From NCBI GenBank assembly GCA_018061645.1, contig JAGOTT010000005.1:581-64580 (forward strand): a DNA stretch of 64,000 nt, read 5' to 3'. Shown here piece by piece: positions 38,580 through 48,062 of the stretch. How positions within the stretch are numbered: the stretch's first letter is position 1; each line of letters starts with the position of its first letter. The stretch comes from Candidatus Moraniibacteriota bacterium (GTDB lineage: Bacteria; Patescibacteriota; Minisyncoccia; Moranbacterales; UBA1568). The notes under the pieces were generated by a model, which had not been told where the DNA came from, did no database searches, and was given only the letters and a program-made list of their open reading frames with translations. The position numbers were made by a program, and so were the translations under genes.

Positions 38580-38604
38580 GTCATCCCGAGCGAAGCCGAG
38601 GGAT
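38580..38604. repeat. 25-nt hairpin repeat family, variant copy (GTCATCCCGAGCGAAGCCGAGGGATC)
   Basis: Stem ATCCC/GGGAT. Confidence 0.5.
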
Positions 38605-38633
38605 CCCGCGTTTTCTTTTCGAGATTTCTCGAC

Positions 38634-38855
38634 TCAATTCACCACTGAACGATCCGGGCATATCGACGGATCGACCACCATGAGGATTTTTTTGATCTCG
38701 GAACGCGCCTCGGGACACTCGGTCGCCGCGTATATCCCTTCGAGGATCTGGATCACCAACCCACGCTCCTCGGGAAGGAACTGAAACAGCACCGTTCCCG
38801 CCTGCACGCCGCGAAGACCATAGTCGCCATCCATCGGAAGAAGTCTGACATCCAT
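38634..38855 (-). CDS. hypothetical small protein (73 aa)
   Basis: AAGGAGGGG SD 6 nt upstream of the ATG; MDVRLLPMDGDYGLRGVQAG... Confidence 0.45.
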   Translation of the reverse strand: MDVRLLPMDGDYGLRGVQAGTVLFQFLPEERGLVIQILEGIYAATECPEARSEIKKILMVVDPSICPDRSVVN

Positions 38856-39022
38856 GACACTCCCCTCCTTTCCCCTTGAAAAAAGAACAGGGGAATCGTA
38901 TGACGAACACGGATGAGAGTCAAGTCCCGCTCAGGAGAACTTCAAGCTCATTCCGATTCCTGGATTGCCACGTTCGAAGACTCACTTGCGATGACAAGAA
39001 ATAGCGACGTCTAAAGCAGCGA

Positions 39023-42000
39023 CTAACGACCCAGCTGATAGAGCGCGGCGACTTCGGCCGCGGAGAGCACGCGGTTGTAGATACGGACTTCGTCGATGAG
39101 GCCATTGAAATAATCTATATCCGCCTGAATATACCCAGATATTCTTGTATTAGATGCGCTTGTATTAAAAGGTGTTGTCATCGTTCCCGTCTTGTCGAGT
39201 TGTCCGTTCACATAGATGAGGACGTTGTCGGATCCACTCGTAGAAACCGTCACTACGACATGATACCAACTGGTCGCACTCAATGCGGAGACACCCTGCA
39301 CATCGGAATACGACGACCATCTTCGAAAAGATACTCTTTGGGTAGGGAGGATTTCGATTTGCCAATCATATCCTCGACCGATGATCGTATAGTTATGCCC
39401 GGATACCGGCGCCGTCGGAAACCGCACCCATGACGATATCGTCATCGGCGCGTTGAGTGTTTGCAACACCGCCGGTTGCCCGAGATTCACCGATGCGCTT
39501 GTTCCATCAAACGAAAGCGCTTGCCCCACCTTTCCAGGATAGACGGAGGGGCCGTTCACGAGAGTGCCGTTGTTCCCCTGTCCGCTGCGGTCATAGGCGG
39601 TCGTGCCGGAGAGGTCGGGACCATTGAATGACCAGAGCCCAACAAGGCCGTCGGTGAGCTGGTTGTTCTGGCTTGTGTTCACGGTCGTTTTCCCCATGTT
39701 CCCCTGCGCGTAGAGACCGGCGATTTCGGAAGCGGTGAGAGCACGGTCGTAGAGACGGACGTCGTCAAGGGATCCCTCAAACGTACTCGCTCCCGTATTC
39801 GCCCCTCCGATAGAAAAATTCTGCGTATTCGTAGTCAAAGAAACAGGAAAAGTCGTCGAGTCTGTCTTATCCAGAACGCCGTTTCGATACATTTTCACGA
39901 TGCCAGAAGAATAGGTTACTACCCAATTTTCCCATGAATCGATAGTCACCGATGATGTCGATGTCACACCGCGCCATGATCCGTCGTATGTCCAGATCTC
40001 CACCTTATTATTGTAGAGTTCGACGTTATAATTATCAGGCGATCCCCCACCGCTTCGTTTGGCAAATATGTAATCTCGACCGGAATTCGCAGAAGGCTTT
40101 ATCCAAAAAGACACCGAAAGAGAGCCTGACATATCGAGCAGCGAAGAATTTCCTCCGAGGACATACTGATTCACTCCATCGAAGGAAAGCGCCTTGCCGA
40201 TTTTTCCATCCACCCATGTCGGGCCGTTGGTGAGGGTTCCGGTATTGGTGCTGGTCGGCGAGAAATCCTCCGCCCTGGTGCCACTCCCATCTTCGAAAGA
40301 CCAGTATCCGACGAGTCCGGTATTGCTTGGAACATTCGCGATCGTCGTTTCCTTGACCGCCGATGTCGCGATCCCTTCCGTCGTACTTGTCATGTTCTGG
40401 AGCTCGGTATCGGAGAGTGCTTTCTTCCAAATTCGGACGTTTTTTACCGTGCCATAATCCGATGATCCCGCAGATCCATACGATCCGATATGAACGACTC
40501 CCGTTTGCATCGATCCATCAAATGAGCCGGATGTTCCGGAACCGTTCTTGTATACCGAATAACTCGACCCACTCCATTTCGAGGCGATTCGTTGCGGCGT
40601 CGCAAACGTGCCGCCGCTCGTATGCTGGATCGATGCCGTTCCGTCATAAGCATATACACGCGAAGGGCTGCCGGAAAAAGTCGCTCCGAGCAGCCGTCCG
40701 GTATTCCCACCGATTGCTACAACAGCTGTATTCACATTCGGCGTTGAAAGCCTACCGATTTCGCTCTGCGCCTCCGCATAAGCGCTTCCGACCGCAGAAT
40801 TGGCATTTTCACTCGGATAACTCAATAAGTCCATCGATCGTGTCACGGAAGCCGTCGTCGTCGGGATATACGAGGAGGCGAAAGCGGCCTGCTCGAGCTG
40901 CGCGCCCCAAACCGCGATACCATTCCCGACAGTTCCAGTATAGGATCGGGCTGAGCTCGAACTTGTCGGACCAAAATAAAAATTAAGTCCGGTCGTACTC
41001 GCTGTCGTCGTCAATGTGACGGAGAGACGACGCCATCCGTTCGCCATCGGAACGGAATCGGTAGACACATTGGTAAAGCCATTGTTAAACTCGACAACCG
41101 AAGCACCGGTCGAAAGATTAAAAATCTCAGCTATCGCGACCGACGAATCCTGATTGTTGACCTGTATATATCCATAGTTCTCCCCGCTCGCCTTGACATA
41201 TACCGACACGACATACGCCGTAGAAGCAGCCACCGTCGTATCTCCACCAGAATGGATCGCTCTGACCGCGCTCGACGTATCCGATGCGAACACCGTAGCC
41301 GCGGTCGTCAATCCGCTTGGTGCTGCCACCGCATTGCTTGTGATTGTCGCGTTGACCGGTATCCACCATGAACCAAATTCCGAACGAATCTGAAGATTCG
41401 TCCGGCTGCCTTCCGCCAGGTATCCCTTGAGCGTCGAGGAGGCGATCTTCGCGCCGGTCGCTTCGGTGACGACATTGCTTGCGACGGTATTGCCGTTCTG
41501 CGTATCGAAATATTTCACGCCGTCCACGCCCGCGCCATGATATGGGAAGGCTGTCTTCACGTTCGTCGAGACATATTCGGAAGGGTTCTGGTTGGCTTGG
41601 CCGGTCACTTCTTCGACTTGCGCACCCCAGGCATATGCCTGATAAATGGTGCTTCCTCCTTTGTATCCGGTATAAACCACCAGCCCGACGGACGCCGCTG
41701 AAACAGTCGGGATTGTCACGCTGTATCGTTTCCATGTCGTATCAATCGTAACCGGATTATCAACAAAGGTATTGTCTGCATTCCGATATCGAAGATTCCA
41801 GGTTCCGGAGCCGGAAACCGAACGAAGATATATGGAATATTTCCACACTCGATTGATATCCGTCGAACCTGCAATGGGGTCGCGCCCGGTACGCGGGGTG
41901 CCGGACGCAGCAGAGATATCGATGAGGTCTGCTGTCGTCATTCCATCAGGAGCCACCGCCTGATTAGCAGTCACGGTCGCCGCATCAAGCTTGAAATAAT

Positions 42001-42334
42001 ACGCGTTATCAAGTTCTTGAGTATAGGAAAGCAGGTTCTCCACCCGCCGCGCCCCCTCGAATCGCGCTTCGTTCTGCTTGACCGGGATGATGCGTCCCTC
42101 GAAGTCGGTCACGGTCGCGCGACGGTCTGCGCCGTCGGCACGGGAGTAGGTGGCGATACCCTGCCCTTTCGAGAGGTTGAGGTCATGGGTGAGCGGTGCC
42201 TCGAAGGAAGGGGTGTCGCTTTCGACGGTCTGCGCCGCCTGCGAGACTTTCCAGTACCAGTACCCGCCGCCGATCGCGGAAAAGATAAGGGTAATCCCCA
42301 GGTACTGGAAGGTGCGATGCAAGGTGAAACTCAT
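39023..42334 (-). CDS. large surface protein with N-terminal TM anchor and tandem LamG-like (concanavalin A-like) domains
   Basis: 1103 aa; repeated ...LDDVRLYDRALTASEIAGLY... and ...IDEVRIYNRVLSAAEVAALY... LamG signatures; rich in S/T/G. Confidence 0.75.
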   Translation of the reverse strand: MSFTLHRTFQYLGITLIFSAIGGGYWYWKVSQAAQTVESDTPSFEAPLTHDLNLSKGQGIATYSRADGADRRATVTDFEGRIIPVKQNEARFEGARRVENLLSYTQELDNAYYFKLDAATVTANQAVAPDGMTTADLIDISAASGTPRTGRDPIAGSTDINRVWKYSIYLRSVSGSGTWNLRYRNADNTFVDNPVTIDTTWKRYSVTIPTVSAASVGLVVYTGYKGGSTIYQAYAWGAQVEEVTGQANQNPSEYVSTNVKTAFPYHGAGVDGVKYFDTQNGNTVASNVVTEATGAKIASSTLKGYLAEGSRTNLQIRSEFGSWWIPVNATITSNAVAAPSGLTTAATVFASDTSSAVRAIHSGGDTTVAASTAYVVSVYVKASGENYGYIQVNNQDSSVAIAEIFNLSTGASVVEFNNGFTNVSTDSVPMANGWRRLSVTLTTTASTTGLNFYFGPTSSSSARSYTGTVGNGIAVWGAQLEQAAFASSYIPTTTASVTRSMDLLSYPSENANSAVGSAYAEAQSEIGRLSTPNVNTAVVAIGGNTGRLLGATFSGSPSRVYAYDGTASIQHTSGGTFATPQRIASKWSGSSYSVYKNGSGTSGSFDGSMQTGVVHIGSYGSAGSSDYGTVKNVRIWKKALSDTELQNMTSTTEGIATSAVKETTIANVPSNTGLVGYWSFEDGSGTRAEDFSPTSTNTGTLTNGPTWVDGKIGKALSFDGVNQYVLGGNSSLLDMSGSLSVSFWIKPSANSGRDYIFAKRSGGGSPDNYNVELYNNKVEIWTYDGSWRGVTSTSSVTIDSWENWVVTYSSGIVKMYRNGVLDKTDSTTFPVSLTTNTQNFSIGGANTGASTFEGSLDDVRLYDRALTASEIAGLYAQGNMGKTTVNTSQNNQLTDGLVGLWSFNGPDLSGTTAYDRSGQGNNGTLVNGPSVYPGKVGQALSFDGTSASVNLGQPAVLQTLNAPMTISSWVRFPTAPVSGHNYTIIGRGYDWQIEILPTQRVSFRRWSSYSDVQGVSALSATSWYHVVVTVSTSGSDNVLIYVNGQLDKTGTMTTPFNTSASNTRISGYIQADIDYFNGLIDEVRIYNRVLSAAEVAALYQLGR

Positions 42335-42354
42335 AACAAGAGAACGGGTAGCGA

Positions 42355-42762
42355 TCAGAATGGAAAAATCGAGGTCGGCTTCTTCTTGGGCGGCTCGGCT
42401 CCGGCTTCCGGCACATCGAACCGTTTCTCGCCTTTGTAGCTCGAAGGGATGAGTTTCTCGGCGAGCTTGCGTGCCTCGATCCGGTCGATTGTTCCGCCTT
42501 TTTCGGAACGGAGCGTACCGAGCACCTTGCGCATATCGTCGACCGTGAGTCCGCGGGTGTCGCGACCGTATTTCTCCATCTCCTTGAAGAACGCCTGCTG
42601 TTCCTCCGGTCGGTTCAGCATCTCCTTCACCGTCTTGTCCTGCATGAGCTGTTCCATCGCGTCGCTCGTCCGAAAACTATGATCGCCGCTTCCGCGGAAC
42701 TTGTCACGAGGAATGATCGTCTTGTCTCCCCTGTTGCCGAGACCGAATAGTGAACTGAGCAT
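42355..42762 (-). CDS. hypothetical protein
   Basis: 135 aa; 21 bp upstream of the LamG gene on the same strand. Confidence 0.5.
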   Translation of the reverse strand: MLSSLFGLGNRGDKTIIPRDKFRGSGDHSFRTSDAMEQLMQDKTVKEMLNRPEEQQAFFKEMEKYGRDTRGLTVDDMRKVLGTLRSEKGGTIDRIEARKLAEKLIPSSYKGEKRFDVPEAGAEPPKKKPTSIFPF

Positions 42763-42801
42763 GGATTTTTTATCATGATTACGATTCTCCTTATGAGTAT
42801 T

Positions 42802-43578
42802 TTATCCCAAATCAGTAAACAGTTCCACTCCCTGAAGACTGTGGAATATTCCGGCGGGAAGGAGATGAATCGGCTCGTCGTTCTGCAGAACGCGTTCCCA
42901 CGCGGCGCGCTTCTCCTCGCCCGAAAGGAACACGAACGCCTGATCGACGTTCTTTTCAAGGAATGAAAGCGTCGCGGTAATGCGCTCCGGGCAAATCGCA
43001 TATTCCGGCGCACGGTACCCGACGACGAGGCGGTCGCCCTCGAAACGATCATGGAATTCTTGCGCGTCGTCTGACGGAAATATCCCCGCGGTGTGTCCAT
43101 CCGGACCCATGCCGAGGATGGCGATGATTTTTCCGTGGGGATGCGGACAAGATTCCTCGACTACGCTCGGAATGACAAGGTAGGAAGATTCGGTCGGAGT
43201 AACGAAATCTGCCATCCATTTTCGGAGCGTGGTTTCGAATCCGTTCGCAAGATCGCCCATCCCCTGCCCTTCCTTCACGCGGGTGTCGATAAACCGCGCG
43301 CCGGCAACTTCGGCTTTTCCGTAAAAACTCGTCGCCATGAACGCGGAGAAGTTACTCGCCTCTCCGGTCGGATCGAACCGTTCGTCGACCGGCGCGAGCG
43401 TGAGGTGTTCTCCGAGACAGGAGAAGTCGATCATGTCGAGCACGGACAAAGCGGAACCGCCGGAAAAAAGAAAGAGAACGGGAACATCCTTCTTCTTCAG
43501 TTCAAGCAGACTCATCGAAATACTTTCTGCCGCAGCGTACTTCGCTTCCTCGGATAACGGGAACGAGTTGATTTTCAT
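42802..43578 (-). CDS. pgl: 6-phosphogluconolactonase
   Basis: FLFSGGSA...LGMGPDGHTAGIFP matches the NagB/Pgl family; AGGAGA SD. Confidence 0.8.
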   Translation of the reverse strand: MKINSFPLSEEAKYAAAESISMSLLELKKKDVPVLFLFSGGSALSVLDMIDFSCLGEHLTLAPVDERFDPTGEASNFSAFMATSFYGKAEVAGARFIDTRVKEGQGMGDLANGFETTLRKWMADFVTPTESSYLVIPSVVEESCPHPHGKIIAILGMGPDGHTAGIFPSDDAQEFHDRFEGDRLVVGYRAPEYAICPERITATLSFLEKNVDQAFVFLSGEEKRAAWERVLQNDEPIHLLPAGIFHSLQGVELFTDLG

Positions 43579-43596
43579 ATCGCATTTTTTCTCCTG

Positions 43597-43621
43597 GATT
43601 CTTCGCTACGCTCAGAATGAC
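43597..43621. repeat. 25-nt hairpin repeat family, copy c
   Basis: GATTCTTCGCTACGCTCAGAATGAC, 19 nt upstream of the pgl start on the minus strand. Confidence 0.65.
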
Positions 43622-43628
43622 AGAAAAT

Positions 43629-45032
43629 TTACCAATCGAAATGCTCCGGCTCCCCGCCAAGCTCACGCTGGAACGTATGTGCGCCGAAAAAATCACGCTG
43701 TGCCTGGATGATATTCGCCGACCCTTGTGCCGTACGCATGGTATCGAAGTATGACAGACTCGAGAGCAGACCGGGAGCAGGAACGCCCGCCGCTATCACC
43801 GCCGCCGAAATCTTCCGGAGAGCGCCGATATTTTCCTTGATCGAATCTTGCGCGAACGAGGAAAGCAGCAAGTGTCCGAGGTCAGGGACTTCCGTATACA
43901 CCCGCGTCAATTCCCGGAGAAACCGGGCGCGAATGATGCATCCGCCCTGCCAGATGCGGGAGATTTCCCGGAAGTCGAGATTCCAGCCATACTCCTTCGC
44001 CGCAAGCGACAGGAGCTCGTACCCCTGTGCATACGAGAGGAGCTTCGCGGCATAGAGCGCACCTTCGATATCGTCAAGCGTGAGACCGGAAGCCGTCGAT
44101 ACGTCCGATTTTCCGAAAGCTTCGGAGAGTCGGATGCGCATCTCCTTGTCGGCCGACGCGGAACGGGCGAACACTGCCGCCGCGATGGAAAACGATGGGG
44201 CTCCGAGCGCGAGCGCCTCATCGGTCGTCCATTTTCCCGTGCCTTTGGATCCGGCCGTGTCGAGAATCCGATCGACGATATGACCGCCGTCCGGTTCTTT
44301 CGCACAGAGAACGCTCGCGGTGATCTCGATCAGGTAGGACTGGAGCCGGCCGCCGTTCCACTTCCCGAACGCATCGGCTATTTCATCGTTCGAAAGCCCG
44401 AGGCCATGCTTCATGACCGAATAGGCTTCGGCGATAAGCTGCATGTCGGCATATTCGATACCGTTGTGCACCATCTTCACGAAATGTCCCGCGCCACCCC
44501 CACCGATCGGAGCCACGCACGGACTCCCCTCGAAGTCCTTGGCCGCGATCGCTTCGAGCATCGGCCGAAGTTCGGCCCACAGATCGCCGGTCGCGCCGGG
44601 CATCATAGAAGGACCACGACGCGCGCCCTCCTCGCCGCCGGAGATTCCCATTCCGACGAAGCGGATCCCTTTCTCCCGGAGCGATTCCGCGCGGCGGATC
44701 GTATCCCGGAAAAAGGAGTTTCCCCCGTCGATGAGGATATCGCCCGGCTCGAGAAGCCGCGCAAACTGTTCGATGACCGCATCCGTCGCCTCGCCAGCCT
44801 TCACCATGAGGATGATCTTCCGCGGATGCTCAAGCGACGCGACGAACGCTTCGGGTGTGTAGGTCGGATCGAGACCCTTCCCGCTTCCGTATTCCGCGAT
44901 CACCACTTCCGTCCGTTCCGGGGATCGGTTATACACCGCCGTGCGGAATCCGTAATCCGCGAAGTTCATCGCGAGATTGGATCCCATGGCCGCCAAACCG
45001 ACAACACCTATCCGGTTTTTTTTATCATTCAT
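43629..45032 (-). CDS. gnd: 6-phosphogluconate dehydrogenase (decarboxylating)
   Basis: 467 aa; GLAAMGSNLAMN NAD(P)-binding motif; full Gnd architecture. Confidence 0.95.
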   Translation of the reverse strand: MNDKKNRIGVVGLAAMGSNLAMNFADYGFRTAVYNRSPERTEVVIAEYGSGKGLDPTYTPEAFVASLEHPRKIILMVKAGEATDAVIEQFARLLEPGDILIDGGNSFFRDTIRRAESLREKGIRFVGMGISGGEEGARRGPSMMPGATGDLWAELRPMLEAIAAKDFEGSPCVAPIGGGGAGHFVKMVHNGIEYADMQLIAEAYSVMKHGLGLSNDEIADAFGKWNGGRLQSYLIEITASVLCAKEPDGGHIVDRILDTAGSKGTGKWTTDEALALGAPSFSIAAAVFARSASADKEMRIRLSEAFGKSDVSTASGLTLDDIEGALYAAKLLSYAQGYELLSLAAKEYGWNLDFREISRIWQGGCIIRARFLRELTRVYTEVPDLGHLLLSSFAQDSIKENIGALRKISAAVIAAGVPAPGLLSSLSYFDTMRTAQGSANIIQAQRDFFGAHTFQRELGGEPEHFDW

Positions 45033-45055
45033 AATTCATGGTTCATGATTCATGA
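45028..45055. repeat. (TTCATRR)x4 heptanucleotide tandem repeat overlapping the gnd start codon and 5' leader
   Basis: In mRNA sense: ATCATGAATCATGAACCATGAATTATGAATG, four ATGs spaced 7 nt apart. Confidence 0.85.
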
Positions 45056-45070
45056 TTTCCCGCCCGCCTC

Positions 45071-46336
45071 CTACGGAAGGTACTTCATCGGATTCACGTG
45101 CGCGCCGATCGGGACGGAAATACCGGACACTTTGCTCGACGGAACGACCTCGAACGAATCGGAGGAAAATACGGAAAAATGGAGGTGCGGTCCGGTCGAG
45201 TATCCGGTATTCCCGGACAAACCGATCTGTTCACCCTCATCCACCTTCTCGCCCTTCTTCACGCTCTGCTTCGAAAGATGCCCGTACAGCGTCAGAAGAC
45301 CGTTTCCGTGGTCGATCGCGATCCAGCGGCCATACCCATACCACTTCCCATTCTTCGTCATGCTTCCGATCGCGACGACCTTTCCTTTCATGGCGGCGTA
45401 CACCGATGTTCCCGTGCTCGCACCGAAATCGACACCGTTGTGCGGACCGCCTCCATAGGCACCGCTCTTGGCGTACGAAGTCATACCGTACCCCTGGGTG
45501 ATGACGATCTTTTTCACCGGGTAGGAGAGCAGTCCCTTCTGATATTTCGGGATCTTCCCGAGATCGAGCACGCCGATTTTCCCGGATTCGAGGTTGTTGA
45601 TTTCGTTCTCGATATCCTTCTGCTCCTCCTGCAGCGTCCGAACGAGCGTCGAATACTTCTGCTTTTCCGCCTCGGTCTTCGCAAGCAGCGTCGCCTTGCT
45701 TTGCCTCGATCCGATAAGATACTCGTTCCGTCTATCGAGCTGCTCCTGAACAGTGTCGGCTTCGAGTTTTTTCCTGTCAAGCGTCTCCTTACCGGAAAGA
45801 AGCGCTTGCTTCGTCTCTTCCAGACTCCGCAGCATGGCACCGATCCGTCCGCTCGTCTCGGTAACCCAGTCCTGGCGCTTCATCAGTATTCCATTGCCGT
45901 CACCGAGCGCAAAAAGCACGTCGGCGCCGTCGACGGTCGCCGCATGATATTCGCGGATCAGTCCGGAAAGCACCTGCTTCTCCCGGACGATGAACCGCTC
46001 TTTTTCGGAGATACCCGCTTCCGTCTCACGGAGCTCGCGGCCGAGATCGGAAAGCTCCTGTTCGTTCTCGCGTATCTCACGCTCGAGCTTCTGTGCCTGC
46101 GTCTCGAGCGTCGACAGCTGGCTTTCGAGCGTATCACTCTGTTTTTCCTTGAGATCGACGATCTGCTTATATGCCTTGATCTTGGCGTTGATTTCCTTGA
46201 GGTCGTCCTTGAGGTCGTCCGTATACTCTTCCGTCGTGTCCGCACCGTACACCGAAGACGCGAACAAACCGCCGGAAATGACAGTTCCGAGGACAAAAAA
46301 CAGGAGGAAATATTTTTTTCCGTTTTTTATAGTCAT
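45071..46336 (-). CDS. M23-family metalloendopeptidase with N-terminal coiled coil (EnvC-like)
   Basis: HNGVDF...GHLS...HLHFSV zinc-binding motifs; signal/TM N-terminus. Confidence 0.8.
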   Translation of the reverse strand: MTIKNGKKYFLLFFVLGTVISGGLFASSVYGADTTEEYTDDLKDDLKEINAKIKAYKQIVDLKEKQSDTLESQLSTLETQAQKLEREIRENEQELSDLGRELRETEAGISEKERFIVREKQVLSGLIREYHAATVDGADVLFALGDGNGILMKRQDWVTETSGRIGAMLRSLEETKQALLSGKETLDRKKLEADTVQEQLDRRNEYLIGSRQSKATLLAKTEAEKQKYSTLVRTLQEEQKDIENEINNLESGKIGVLDLGKIPKYQKGLLSYPVKKIVITQGYGMTSYAKSGAYGGGPHNGVDFGASTGTSVYAAMKGKVVAIGSMTKNGKWYGYGRWIAIDHGNGLLTLYGHLSKQSVKKGEKVDEGEQIGLSGNTGYSTGPHLHFSVFSSDSFEVVPSSKVSGISVPIGAHVNPMKYLP

Positions 46337-46378
46337 TGACCCCAGTATAGCACGAATTCGCGCTCTTTACTTTGAAGT

Positions 46379-47935
46379 TCAACCTCCGAGTACATCCGAA
46401 GCGGACTTGATGCGGGAGAGAGTCGATCCCCTTCCGATGATCCAGGCGATATCCGAGGGCGGTGGGGATTTCTCTTTTCCTGAAAGCGCCACCCGAAGCG
46501 GCCAGAGAAATCCTCCGCGGTCGTCGCCTGCGGCTTCGAGCAGGATTTCGCCGAGTCTTTCACGGCTCCAATCGGCATCAGCGACGCTCAAAAGGATGTC
46601 GAGTGCACGCCCGAGCGCCTCCTTCGCGCCCGCTTCCGTGCTCTTCTTCCAGGGAAGCATGGCCTTCTCAACCGTCGGTCCGACGAAGAAGAACGGATTC
46701 TCGTCACCGACATCCGCGAGTTTCACAAGGCGATCCTGTTCCACGGTCAATACTCTCTTCACGAATACGTCGACATCCGCGTCACTCTCCGCCTGCTTCG
46801 CCACGCGAAGCGTTTCGGGCAGGCATTCTCCATTCTCCATTCTCCATTCCTTGAAAAACTTTTTCTCCGAAAGAAACGGCAGCGCGCGTTCATAGAGCTC
46901 GTCCACCGAAAGCCTCTTGATATACTCCGCGTTCATCCAGTCGAGCTTCTTCTGGTCGAAGACCGCGCCGGACTTGTTCACGCCCGAAAGATCGAACCGG
47001 TTGACCAACTCTTCGAGGGAGAAGATTTCCTGCGTGCTCCCCTGCCCAGGATTCCAGCCGAGAAGCGCGACGAAATTGATGATCGCTTCGGGAAGATATC
47101 CCTTGGCGAGGTAATCTTCCACCGCCACGTCGCCCTGCCGCTTGGAGAGTTTCGACCGGTCGGGATTGAGCAGAAGCGGCAGATGGGCGAACTCCGGAGC
47201 CTCCCATCCGAACGCCTCGTAGAGCAGGACGTGCTTCGGCGTCGACGAGAGCCACTCTTCTCCACGGATCACATGGGTGATGCCCATGAGATGATCGTCC
47301 ACGACGTTCGCGAGATGGTAGGTCGGAAATCCGTCGGATTTCATGAGCACCTGATCGTCGACATCGCGGGAATGAAACCGCACCTCGCCACGGACGAGAT
47401 CCGTGAATGCGATGTCGCGATCGTCCGGAACGATCATACGTATCACGTGCCGCTGTCCGGCTTCCATATTCTTCCGAACCTCCTCTTCCGAAAGATGCAG
47501 GCAGTGCCGATCGTATTTCGGCGCCTGTCCGTTTTTCGTCTGTTCCGCGCGGACATCCTCGAGTCGTTCCGGGGAGCAGAAACATCGGTAGGCCTTTCCA
47601 TCGGCAACGAGTTCATCGACGTATCGCCGGTAAAGGTCAAGCCGTTTCGATTGGACATACGGACCCGATGATCCCTTTTCCGTCACCCCGTCGTTTTCCC
47701 ACATCACCCCTTCATCCGGACGGATACCGAACGATGAAAGTATTTTGACGAGACTTTCGACCGCTCCGTCCACGAAGCGTTTCCGATCGGTATCCTCGAT
47801 ACGCAGGACGAACACTCCTCCGTGCTTTTTCGCGAACAGATAGTCATAGAGCGCGGAGCGGAAATTCCCGACGTGCATATACCCCGTCGGCGAAGGCGCG
47901 AACCGAACCCTCACTTCATCTCTGGATTGTTTCAT
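46379..47935 (-). CDS. gltX: glutamate--tRNA ligase
   Basis: SPTGYMHVGN (HIGH-type) and KLSKR (KMSKS-type) motifs; the ATG at 47933-47935 (MKQSRDEV...) is taken as the start. The 120-codon upstream extension in the ORF track is probably not coding. Confidence 0.9.
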   Translation of the reverse strand: MKQSRDEVRVRFAPSPTGYMHVGNFRSALYDYLFAKKHGGVFVLRIEDTDRKRFVDGAVESLVKILSSFGIRPDEGVMWENDGVTEKGSSGPYVQSKRLDLYRRYVDELVADGKAYRCFCSPERLEDVRAEQTKNGQAPKYDRHCLHLSEEEVRKNMEAGQRHVIRMIVPDDRDIAFTDLVRGEVRFHSRDVDDQVLMKSDGFPTYHLANVVDDHLMGITHVIRGEEWLSSTPKHVLLYEAFGWEAPEFAHLPLLLNPDRSKLSKRQGDVAVEDYLAKGYLPEAIINFVALLGWNPGQGSTQEIFSLEELVNRFDLSGVNKSGAVFDQKKLDWMNAEYIKRLSVDELYERALPFLSEKKFFKEWRMENGECLPETLRVAKQAESDADVDVFVKRVLTVEQDRLVKLADVGDENPFFFVGPTVEKAMLPWKKSTEAGAKEALGRALDILLSVADADWSRERLGEILLEAAGDDRGGFLWPLRVALSGKEKSPPPSDIAWIIGRGSTLSRIKSASDVLGG

Positions 47936-47992
47936 TGCTTCTTTGTTACGGAAGAATAGCCTTATATTCGCATCTTTCGGAGTATGAGGCAA

Positions 47993-48021
47993 TTGACATC
48001 GCATGACTTTCACAGTATAGT
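47993..48021 (+). promoter_or_regulatory. sigma70 promoter (TTGACA-17 bp-TATAGT)
   Basis: Upstream of the secreted-protein gene; divergent from gltX. Confidence 0.5.
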
Positions 48022-48062
48022 ATACGGAATCAGTTCTTTCCAACCCGACCAAGGAGTGCTCC

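Noticed and set aside
37889-38633. tmRNA, RNase P RNA, SRP RNA or 6S RNA in the long non-coding region
   Set aside because: I could not find the conserved cores (tRNA-like 3' end of tmRNA, RNase P P4 AGGAAAGUCCGGGCUCC-type strand, SRP GGAAGCAGCCAAGG-type motif) by eye. Left as an unexplained structured region rather than a named ncRNA.
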